A DNA stretch of 64,000 nucleotides from Basidiobolus meristosporus CBS 931.73 (taxonomy: Eukaryota; Fungi; Basidiobolomycota): the NCBI GenBank assembly GCA_002104905.1, contig MCFE01000073.1:1-64000 (forward strand), in the 5' to 3' direction. Under the pieces are notes generated by a model that was not told where the DNA came from, made no database searches, and saw only the letters and a program-made list of their open reading frames with translations. The position numbers and the translations under genes are program-made. Below are positions 47,701-57,800 of this stretch, in pieces. Position 1 is the first letter of the stretch. Every line of letters begins with the position of its first letter.

Positions 47701-50127
47701 TTATTTGGAGGACTTCTTACGCTTTCCGGAAGAGGCTACATTGCTGGTTGCCTTTCTCTTGATCTATCGAAGCGGTTAGTACGCAGGTTAGGCACACTCC
47801 GTGGCACATGTACTTACCGAATCCACCAGACGGCTGAGACTGGCATCCTTGACCTTGGCCTTGGCCTGGGGCTCAGCAGGCTCCTCAGTTGAGTTGTTGT
47901 CTGTGACACGGCGTCTTTGGCGTTCTTCCAGCAACTTGGTCATGGCCTTGGTCTTCTTGAACCTGTTCAGATTCGTTCATGTTAGCTCTCTGGCTGCGAG
48001 TCTAATCGCGGGGTAAACACTTACTGAGGGTTGGTTGGATCGATGGCGAAGTGATGCGACTCGTGAAGTGCGCTGAAACGAGGATCGCTAACGTTGATCT
48101 CGAAATCATCCGTGTCCTCGGCTTCCTTCTTGCCCTTCTTGCCCTTGCCCTTCTTCTTCTCCTTCTTGATGATGTCCTTCATGTTGAAGTGCTTTCTTCC
48201 GTCCTCGGCGTCCATGACCAACAGTTCAAGCTCAGCTTGCTTCTTGGCCTCTTCGGCCTTCTCTTGGGCAGTCAACTTCTTGTTTTTCTTGCTCTTGGTT
48301 GTAGCTACAGGACCCGTTGATTAGACAAAGTAGATCAAGATTGGTCGACGCCGTACGTACATGACTTTGGATTCTTGGGAGCAAACTCTTCGCCCATCTC
48401 GCTCTGGAAGAATGGATCACTTGCATCGATATCAACTTCGTCGTCAGAGAAGAGTTGGCCCTGCTCTTCGCCTTCAGAGTTGTCTTGGTTCTTCTTGGCT
48501 TGCTTCTTCTTCTGTTTTCTCTCCTTCTGCTTTCGGACATATGTTTCCAGAGAGGTTTCATTCTCCTGTTCCTGGTGATATCCAAAGCGTGAGTATGGCT
48601 GGGGAGCTGGAATGCACACCATCAAGTACCTCTTTCTTCTTCTTCTGCTCCAACAGCTCTGCCGCTGCCTCGCTCAATCCTGGGGCAAACGTAATCTCCA
48701 TCTCTTGGTCGACATCATCCTTTTCCTCCTCGGCCTTCGCCAGCAGGTTCTTGTATTTCTGCTTGATCGCCTCGACGTCCTCTTCGTCCGAGTCAGAGTC
48801 GGATGAAGAAGCAATGTAGGCCTTGAAGTCCATCTCGTCTAGGTCTTGCTTGGAGAATTTCTGTCTGGTCACGCGGATACGGTCGACATCATCATCGTCC
48901 CATGTAAGCTTCACCTTCGAGTGTTGCAGCGCCTACGAAAGAGATTAGTTCAGCTGTTTCCTAATGCCAATGTAGGGGGTAGGGGTACCTGGGTGGTGAA
49001 TTCCAAAGGCTTGTAGCCGGCTGGTGCGTTGTAGGCTTCGTCTCTTGGCTCATCTTCAAACTTCATATCGTCGGGAATGAATCGCAAGTCGAAGAAATTG
49101 GCCGAGCTCTCGTACTCGGTGCCATCACATTGCTTGTAGATGGAGCGAGCAGTCTGGACACTGTCGCACTCAACGACGGCATAATAGTACTTGAGGCGCT
49201 CAAGCTGGTACTTTCTCAGTTGGTTCATGTCGAACTCCTCGCCGCTATCTGCCTGCACCAATGGCTCGTCCTCATCGACTTGCTCAACATCGGACTCTTC
49301 GTGGTCGCTGGTTAGGGGCTTGAAGATCTCTGATGGTGGGCCTTCACGAGCTTCCTTCTCAAGTCGCTCCTTTCCGAATTCCGATGGATAGATCTTGACC
49401 GACTTGATGGCCCCGCCCTCGGGCATGAATCCGTTGAACACCTTGAACAGATCCACCGACTTGACATTATCCCAGTCAAGATTGATGACTGCGAAGCGAC
49501 ATGTCTCATCTCCAGTGGGCACATCCTCATCCTCGTCGCTTTCTGAGTCGTCGTTTTCGGAGTCATCTTCCGAGGAGGAGGACACTCCCTCTCCTCTCAT
49601 TGGGTCATAACCAGGTTCCTCCTCTGACTCCTCCTCCTCCGACTGTGCACTCTCAATCTCTGGCTGCTGCTCTTCTTCCGACTCTTCCTCCGACTCCTCC
49701 TCAGAATCTTCTTGTTCCGAGGAATCCAAGTCCTCACCAGAATCGGTACCCTCTTCCAAATCCTCATCCTCAAGATCATAGAATCTCTTCAGATCATCCT
49801 TTACAACCGCCTCCTTCAGCTTTCTACCGTACTTGTCGACCGAAGCTACAAAGATCAACGCCAACACCGATTAACACGTGCAACCAACAAATTGGTGAAG
49901 GGGGGGGCGAGGGGGCGCCCGACGCAACCGAAACAATACTTACGAGCATCACTGAACTCCTTGTTCTTCAGCATGGCCGAGAAACGTTGGTCGATCTTCA
50001 CCTTGGTATCCCGCTTTTTGGGTCGGACGAAGCGAGGATCGGAGTGGACGTGTTTGAAACGAGCATCCTGAACGATGGCTCCTTCTTTCGCTTTGGACCG
50101 AGGGGGTTGGCTCTTCTTGGGTGGCAT
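47701..50127 (-). CDS. ESF1: Pre-rRNA-processing protein Esf1
   Basis: DARFKHVHSDPRF, VDKYGR, RFAVINLDWDNVKSVDLF, LRKYQLERLKYYYAVVECDS, KLTWDDDD, NUC153 motif DPRFSALHESHHFAIDPTNP. Confidence 0.95.
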
Positions 50128-50949
50128 GGTTGGGTGGTTGGCTCGTAGACACGTAAACCCGATTCGATGGTGATGAAGTATGTTTGGGCGGGGATCCATC
50201 TGTCGGCGGGATGGAAAAAAAATTGAAAAAAACCCGTGGCCCTTCCTTCGAAGAAAAGCAGTCCATGATCAGAAATCTCCCGAAATCACTCGACTACGGC
50301 TGGTCAATCACTCCTGATGATCGCAGTGGTTGGGAATCCATGGAAAACGGTATATTGGCGAGTACCGGAGAACAGTAGAAGTGATGTGGAGGGATCAAAA
50401 TTCATCCGCACGTGGTAAATTGCTGTGTATCATGATCTAGTATTTGTGACTTGGTCACTTTCGTCTAAACTTATCTAAAGCCCCCAAGCTTTGCACACCG
50501 CTTCTGGGAACCTTACTTATATCATTCCAATCATTGACTTTGCCAAGTTCTTGTAAAAGTTTAAATATTCTATTCAAACTCGGCCCAATAAAACAATTAG
50601 TGGGTATCATGCAATTCTTCTGGTACTTCAAATCACTTCCAATATTCCTCAGAATCTTGCAACCACTGTTACCACTGTTCTGGTGTGGTTTAAAGCATAA
50701 AACACTGCAAAGTATAGCTTTTTTGGATGCTTCACTGCTACTCTTACTAATGCACTTTGCTTGCTTTGGATTTACTACTGATACAGCCATTGCATTTGGT
50801 TGAAAACAACAAGCACAGAGGTGCTCTCAGAAACACATATGTCAATGGTATTATGAAGATAAGCAACCCAAATGCTTGAATAATGCCTACAGTAAGCAAT
50901 GGTAGGGTTTGTTGCAGCAAGCCACCAGTTTATTCTTGAAAAACCTCTG

Positions 50950-51550
50950 CCAAAGTATGCCAGGTATCTATCCCTATTAAAAACAATTTGGTCCTGTGGA
51001 TCCAATTCAGATTAGCCATCAAGATCCTGCAATAAGGCCATCAAAATGCCAGCAGCTTGAAATTCTTGACCCTCTTTACAGTTGTATGATGGGATTGTGA
51101 CAGTGTTTTACTGTCTTTACTGCTAAATGCACTAATAAACTTGATGGTGTTTTGATGGTCTTTCTGTGGGGTTTGCATGGCATTACAGCAGTCCTAATGT
51201 AGGCTACATTTATTTGAGAAGACCTAACTAGCTGATACATGCAGTTGCCTTGTATGGTAAAAAATGTGATGGTATTTTGGTGGCCTTTATGCAGCCCTCT
51301 GTTGGCATTATCATGACAGTACAGTGGCCTACCACTACTCTGCATAATGGCACCATACCAACTAACCAAATGGTATATTATTTCTATACCTCCCCTTGTG
51401 CCATTGACATATTCCACTGTTAAATCAAACCTCTGTTTTTGCTAACCCACTAATACCATGGGTATTTCACATGTAGTTAAATAAAAAAAACTATGGCCTC
51501 CTGCTTGCTAATGTCTACATATATGCACACCTGCTGCAATTGACACACTA
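50950..51550 (-). mobile_element. CACTA/EnSpm-like element 3-prime region fragment (copy C)
   Basis: Reverse-complement similarity to ~62020-62610, e.g. aatttggtcctg..tccaa..cagat.agccatcaagatcc and aaaaaaaactatggcctcctgctt. Confidence 0.7.
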
Positions 51551-51551
51551 A

Positions 51552-52194
51552 TGTTATTGTAAGAGCTTGGAGATATCAGAAGTGATTGGGAGAACAAGTA
51601 AATTATGTGGTTCTTGTTGTAAGAGTCTAATGCCTTCCAGGCATTCTTTGCCATTTTTGCTTGTGAGCATTGAATTAGCAATTTGTTCTTAACATTAAGG
51701 CAAATGCAGTTAAAGGCACTTTGTTCTTTCTTTTGGTACTTTAAGGCTTCTTCTCCCAAGTTTTTAGGAGGGCATTCTTCTCCCATGACAATATCCCAAA
51801 GGCCTCTTTCTTGTAGCACATCTTCATCTTCACCTTCCACACTTGGTAGTTAGATCCATCCAGCTTTTCAGCAGAGGGAAAAATTCCAGTAATAGTAGTA
51901 GTTGACACTGCAGAGAGTGACAGCTTGGGGCTCATAACCTGTTGTCAGAGTCTTGGAGATATTGGAAGTGATTGGGAGGACAAGTAAATCATGTGGCTTT
52001 CACTTAATGATTTATGGAATGTAAAAGTAGTATTAATACTCTTACATGGTCTTGGCTTTACAAACACATAAAATAGGTTAAGAAAGGTCTCAAGAACATG
52101 TGTGCAAGGTTGGGGGCTGTCTGGACAACTTTGGGAATTTTCATGTTCTGGGTACCTGGTATTTTGGTGAAAATATTTGAAGTAAATCCCAACA
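51552..52194 (-). mobile_element. Internally deleted Ty1/copia remnant: 5-prime LTR end, PBS, gag N-terminus, LTR-end fragment; outer LTR boundary uncertain
   Basis: On the minus strand, ...CAACA then GGTTATGAGCCC (51939-51928). Frameshifted gag EKLDGSNYQVWKVKMKM/LQERGLWDIV...AFNCICLNV...AKNAWKAL. About 45-bp LTR-end direct repeat at 51567-51611 and 51952-51996. Confidence 0.85.
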
Positions 52195-55049
52195 AGGAAT
52201 TTGGGCAGTATTCTATAGGATTTGAAGGTAATGATCTAAGTGACTCAGTTAGGTGAATATTTAGGTGGAATTACAAGTTTTTACAACAGATTCAACTGGC
52301 CAGAACATGTAATTGCCTTATATGGCAAGAAACTTAACAGTATTTCAATGGGCTCACAGCAAGACTCTGATGGCATTATATTGGCAGTATGGTGGCCTAC
52401 AGCTGGTTCTGTATAATGCCACCATATCAATTTACCAAATGGTATTTCCTTTTTCTACCTCCCCCTGTGCAATTCATATATTCCACTGTAGAATCAACCC
52501 TCTTTATTTGCTTACCCACTACTACCTTGGGTATTCCACATATAGTTTGAGTCAAAAAAAACTATGGCCTCCTGCTTACTAACCTCAACAAACATGCACA
52601 CCTGCTGCAATTGACATATGTCTATCACCACAACTTTATGGCTGTTTAGTGTGATACTTGCAAATTTGCCATATACCTTGTACTGCTGGTAACATATACA
52701 TCTTGCAAACATATACTTGGTTGTTGCCACTTCTGCCATGAATACCTCCTGAATATCTGCAAAGAACTTATTGGTATTTAGCCAATATATTCCTTCTCTC
52801 TGCTGGATTCTAGTCACCCTTATAGGTATGCTCTGGCTCTTGTTTGTGTGAATACTGTATTGAATGGTGTAGAAGTTGGCTTGTGACCAAGAGAAATCTA
52901 GTATACCTTGGTAGAGTTTTCCTAATAAAAATTAGTTGCTTGTTGCACCCAACCCAACTTTGCATTACTTAACTGGTTACCTGCACATTGGGGCTGCTTA
53001 GCTTCTTAATGCCATAGGTAAAGGTGTCACCATGTGCACATTTGTCCTCAGTATTTTCCAACTCTTCCTGGCTGTCCTCCATATGCCAACTCATCACATC
53101 CATGATGGACTTGAAGGTAATATTCTTGATGAGATTGGGATATGGCAGTACCTGCAACTTGACTTGTCTTCCTATCTCCCCACACATTGGCTCTATAGGA
53201 AACTCCAAAAAGGTGAAACAAGGCCCAATATTCTCCACACACCATGCAAGATGGAGTCAAGAATGGATACAGTAGTGGCAGAGATCTATGCATTCAACTT
53301 TATGTTTGCAGTATAGTCACTCAAATCCCATTTCAAACTCCTTGCACATCAGCTGTAGATGCATCAAGTTGGCATTGGTGATCTGCTTCTGGATTAATAT
53401 TCCTACAATGTCCACATATGACTCCTAATGCTTCCAATGTACTTTTGGTAGGAATGGCTTCAGAATGCTGTGTGAATAAATACATATCCAGTTCATCCAG
53501 TCTTTGCATTTGAATTTTTGCATATGCATATGAATATTGATTGGAGCCCATGGGAAGTACTTAGGGTAGTGGATACTCTGTAATATCTTGCCAATTCTTT
53601 CAAATTTCTCCAGTATCTCACAGGGCTCATTTAGCTTGAAATGCTCCATGTACAACTTGGTCATCAGTATAGGGATATTGTTAAAAAGCAAATGCATTGC
53701 TCCCAGTGGAAAGCTTTTGCTCCTACAGATACCCTCTATCTTAAGTATCTCTGGTTTCCAATTGATTCAATATTCCAGCCAATGGCTTATAGCTTGCCAA
53801 CTTTGCTGCATTTGCATGCTGACTTCTGGACGTTCTTTCTGTGGAAAGATGATGATCTAAGTGCAGTTGCTTGGGCAATTATAATGTGTTTGAGTTATGG
53901 AGCAAATCCCATGGATCTCACACATTCAACAGGGATACCATCCATTGTGCCCAGAAAACCTGCTATCTTGCTGATGGCTAGGGTATCTCCAATACAGATA
54001 ATAATATGCGCTTTGACATCATGGCCATTTACTGTTATTGTGCTGGAAAGCATATGAAATTCATCCAGCAATGGATACAGGTAGCTCTCCAGGTTGGTGG
54101 TGATATAGGCCTAGGTACCAGTGAGACTACCATCAGATTATTGCTCTGATACTGTAAGATGGGCAGCAGATACAGATTGATGAGAATCAGTGTCCAGCAG
54201 GATTTGCTGGTAGAGAGCTTGTTTAATGAGAATCTGTCAAGTGCTAAGGCAAAGGCATGGTCATACATACCTTCAAAGTAGCCCTTGCTTCTTAGCTGTT
54301 TATAATAGACTTGTTCCATCGTACCGTGCCAGGGCGCGCGGCGCAATCCGCGGTTGCAAAGAACAATCGGGCGCAATATTATAGCTACCAGAAGGCAGGA
54401 TTGTTCTTGGACGATTTCGCACTATGCGGGACAATCTCACACACTATGGCACAATCTGACACAATGAGGTTGGCGCGGATGATCGCGCCAACTCGTAATG
54501 CTTGCATCACGTGCGCGATTGGATACCGCTACAATGGCAGGTAAAATCCGGTATTTGGATATGTTTCTTTAATGTAAATGGAAATAAATGTGTATCACAC
54601 TATAAACTACACTGATACTTACCATTTTGGTTACCCTCACTCCAATTGGACGGTATCTCAGTGGTTAATTGGTCCAAAAGTATCCTGAAGCTGGCAGCCC
54701 CCAATTGGCTCATTGACTACTGAAAAAGCTACCTGATTCGCCATCAAATATCCCATTTTGCCCATTGAGCAAGTAAATCCCTGATCCTAGTGATTGGGCA
54801 AGGTGTCATAGCTAGCACGCAAGCAATCGTGTAGGTGCAAAACAGATCCAATAGCTGCACTGGTATTACAGATGACGTATATATATGCAGGGTGTTTATT
54901 TATAGGGGTTCTGTCTCAAATGTGAGACGACCTTGATATTACTTATATCAAAAATTTGATGATCACTGATTTGCAATGGCTCGATTTGGATTGCAAAAAA
55001 AAAGGGTTGTCGGGATCATTACGAATGTGAGCAATTCAAAGCAATCGCA

Positions 55050-56312
55050 TCATCTTCTCCTGGGTTTTTTTCTCACAGGGATTACTACTGAAGCATTTGG
55101 TAGTGACTCACTTTGCACACCTATACTACTTCCTGGCTGACTATCATCTTGGCTACTTGTGTATTTGTAGTCAGTATTTTGCCTCCTAGTTGATGAGTGC
55201 GATGCTGCAGCTTGGCCGCGCTGAATCGCTCCGACTGAACCAACTGAACCGGCCTGTAGTGCCACGCGCTGACGCGTTCTTTTACTTGCCAAGGGCTCCG
55301 GTGGTTGAGTCACTTCATGTTGGTCATCATCAGTCAGTTCACCAGAAGTAACTCGCTGATGGTCAGGCAAAACGGCACGCGCAGGCGCGCCTTGACGCGT
55401 TGAGATGGCCCTTGGCTGAGTTTGATGTGATGCCGCATGTTGACGCGACTCGGTCCGCTCTAATGGACTTGTGTCTAAATGAGCAGTTTGGCGAGTTCTG
55501 GTAGTTTTGCTCTGAAGCGCGCGCGTTGACCCAATGCGCGTTGACTCAATGCGCGTTGACTCGACGCGGGGCGTTCTGGTAAAGGGTGTTGGCGTGGTCT
55601 GGACTGACGTGCGCCGGCGCGCTGTGGTTGCAAGAGATGGTAGGGAATCCAGCGAGGCGTGCTGGCGCGATCTGGACGATGTTGCTCGCGGTCTGTATTC
55701 TTCCTCCTGAAGCTCACCATCTGATTCCTCAAGGTATTCACTTACCCTCTGTCTGATACTTTGGAGCTGTTGCCTGGATGAGTCCTGTGTATATTGCTCT
55801 TGGAAGCCACTTAGCTCTACTAATATATCACGTAGTACATTAGTCATTTGAGGCAAAAACTCATTCAAAATCTCTTTGGTTCCCAAAGTGGAGGCACGAA
55901 CGGACGCGTCCGGCCCGTACTGCGCAAATTGCGCGCGAAATCGTTCCCGCGCGGCTTCCTCGTCAAATCCCCTCACTCTCAGCTCATTCTTGATTTCAAT
56001 ACTTGTCTTGTTATATATCTTTTTACATACATCGGCTGGCATCTTGATGTAGAACTCATGCCACAGCTTTCTACTCAAATTCTTCCATCTTTGTCAACTC
56101 TCTGAGGTATCTAGTTCTGCTAGATTAATCAGTAGTGCCCAAATATCTGTATGAAGGCTCATCATAGACACTTGGGCCATACTAAAATCATTTGGCAAGA
56201 ACTCGAACGGATCCAACATCGACTTCTCCGGTCCGGACCGCGCTAGTGAGCTGGGGGATGGGTTTTGTCTGGGTTGTACTAAAGATGAGTTGAGGCTTGG
56301 TATGGGGACCAT
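55050..56312 (-). pseudogene. Harbinger partner ORF (Myb/SANT/MADF-like DNA-binding protein, ~420 codons) with one in-frame TGA at 56094-56096
   Basis: ORFs 56094-56312 and 55050-56078 are in frame, 15 nt apart: IWALLINLAELDTSES*QRWKNLSRKLWHEF resembles the MADF W...RWKNL helix pair. It has an Arg/Thr/Ser-rich tail and a C-terminal NLS-like RKKPRRR. Confidence 0.75.
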
Positions 56313-56671
56313 AGCAACGGATTTGGATACTTATACAGCAGTATATTGGCATCAACCTGGTCTTATATGAAATATATATGAAAACTAAAGTGATTGTTGA
56401 ATTTTCCATATATTATGCATGATGCATCTTGGATCGCGTTGACATGGATCAGATCACATCAATCGCAGATTTCCTATTTGATTATAGAGCTATGATTAAA
56501 GCATCAATAAAAGTACCAAGGCATTGTTTGCGGATGATTTTTGCGACATAATGATGGGATACATGGCAATTGATGGAGATTTAACCATAATGTGTTAAAA
56601 ATCAGATAAATAACGCAGATCGCGCCGAATCGATTCAAACCGCCTCCATACAATGATCCATCAATTTTAAT

Positions 56672-57556
56672 ATGACTTACTCATCTGAATGGTCTTTTCT
56701 CATCAATCCCATCACTACCACTGGATTTCCTTTTGACACACTGGAGGAGATATATTCCAAGTACTGTGGACCATCAACCCCAATCTACTCAAGGAGATCC
56801 CTTGTTAAGCTTCTCTGCTATTACAAGAACTATTGCCCTACAAGGTTTCATCCCACCATCCATGGCAACAAAAGTCCTAGAAGCTTTCATTCCCAGCTGA
56901 CAGCAATGGAGAACCACCTTGCAGAGGGTATGAATGACTTAGAGCAAGCTTGGAATACTAGGTTCAGAAGCTCCAATAGACTTCCATATCCCAGAGTGTT
57001 CAGCAACAGGTTCCATATCAGGAGTATTTTGGATACCTTCCCAGTGAGGATTAACAGACCTTCTAGAGGGCAGAGGCACTTTTATTCTGGCAAGTACAAG
57101 GCACACTGTATGAAGTTTCAAGCACTGTCTGACATTGAGGGTAACATCATCTGGTTTAGTGGGCCATTTGCTGGAAGTAGGCATGACAAAGCACTCTGGG
57201 TAGAGAATCATCCTGAATTCAGTAGAGGGGAGAAATGTATGGCAGACTTGGCCTATATAGGAGAGGATTGTCAGAGATTAGGATGTATTACAGCTTATAG
57301 GAAGCCAAGGAATGGTGTGCTTAGCAGGAAGCAGAAGCTCTACAATGAGATATTTAATCATTTCAGAGTAAGGGTAGAGCACACACTTGGATATCTGAAG
57401 AGATTCAGCATATTGGCAGGTAAATACAGAGGAAAGTCATATATAGGAGAAAACAGCAGAATAGGTAAAATAGTTAAGATACTTATCAATGCACAGTATG
57501 TTCATACAAGAAGACATCCACTGACAGAAATGTGTCTGGAGCATTATGAAGAGTAA
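56672..57556 (+). CDS. Intact DDE_Tnp_4 (IS5/ISL2/Harbinger-type) transposase, 294 aa
   Basis: ILDTFPVRINRP (D), YSGKYKAHCMKFQ, GPFAGSRHD, MADLAYIG (D), RVRVEHTLGYLKRFSIL (E); HTH_Tnp_4-like N-terminus. No stops, no introns. Confidence 0.92.
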   Translation: MTYSSEWSFLINPITTTGFPFDTLEEIYSKYCGPSTPIYSRRSLVKLLCYYKNYCPTRFHPTIHGNKSPRSFHSQLTAMENHLAEGMNDLEQAWNTRFRSSNRLPYPRVFSNRFHIRSILDTFPVRINRPSRGQRHFYSGKYKAHCMKFQALSDIEGNIIWFSGPFAGSRHDKALWVENHPEFSRGEKCMADLAYIGEDCQRLGCITAYRKPRNGVLSRKQKLYNEIFNHFRVRVEHTLGYLKRFSILAGKYRGKSYIGENSRIGKIVKILINAQYVHTRRHPLTEMCLEHYEE

Positions 57557-57800
57557 ATAAAGCAAGGAAAGCCCTATTCTGAGCAACATAAGTAAGATTG
57601 AGTAAAATTACCAGTAACTGTATCATACCACTGGCATCATGGTAGAAATTATAGTGCCAGATAGTGCCGTAGAGTGCCAGATTGATCCGGCACTATAAAC
57701 CGGCTGGCACTATGTGGCACTATCCAACGGAACAAGTCTAATGTTTGCCATCAAATATATTGGATATGTTTGCACTTGATTGATACTGAGTGCAGTACCA

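Larger units (their letters stand above)
54307..57739. mobile_element. Complete PIF/Harbinger-superfamily (PHIS; ISL2-like, possibly Pangu-type) DNA transposon, 3433 bp
   Basis: TIR AGACTTGTTCC (54307-54317) and GGAACAAGTCT (57729-57739). AAT duplicated at 54304-54306 and 57740-57742. The empty site ctgtttataatgtttgcc is present in the paralogous copy at ~60322-60340 (reverse complement). Two divergent ORFs. Confidence 0.93.
52290..57800 (-). mobile_element. Decayed CACTA/EnSpm-like (Tnp2/Transposase_21) transposase 3-prime half (copy A), split by the Harbinger insertion (52290-54306 plus 57743-57800)
   Basis: FALALDRFSLNKLSTSKSCWTLILINL.LLP..Y, GPCFTFLEFPIEPMCGEIGRQVK, with many stops and frameshifts. 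The sequence resumes exactly after the Harbinger element. Confidence 0.85.

Noticed and set aside
49501-50148. 215-aa Pro/Ser-rich plus-strand ORF
   Set aside because: Antisense to the acidic low-complexity region of ESF1.
50455-50803. ORFs at the start of the CpG desert
   Set aside because: No family motif recognised; likely decayed TE sequence but not assignable.
56094-56096. Selenocysteine or variant genetic code explaining the in-frame TGA
   Set aside because: Host genes here use TGA as a normal stop (MFS transporter, subtilase). The position fits Arg, and no SECIS-like element was recognised.
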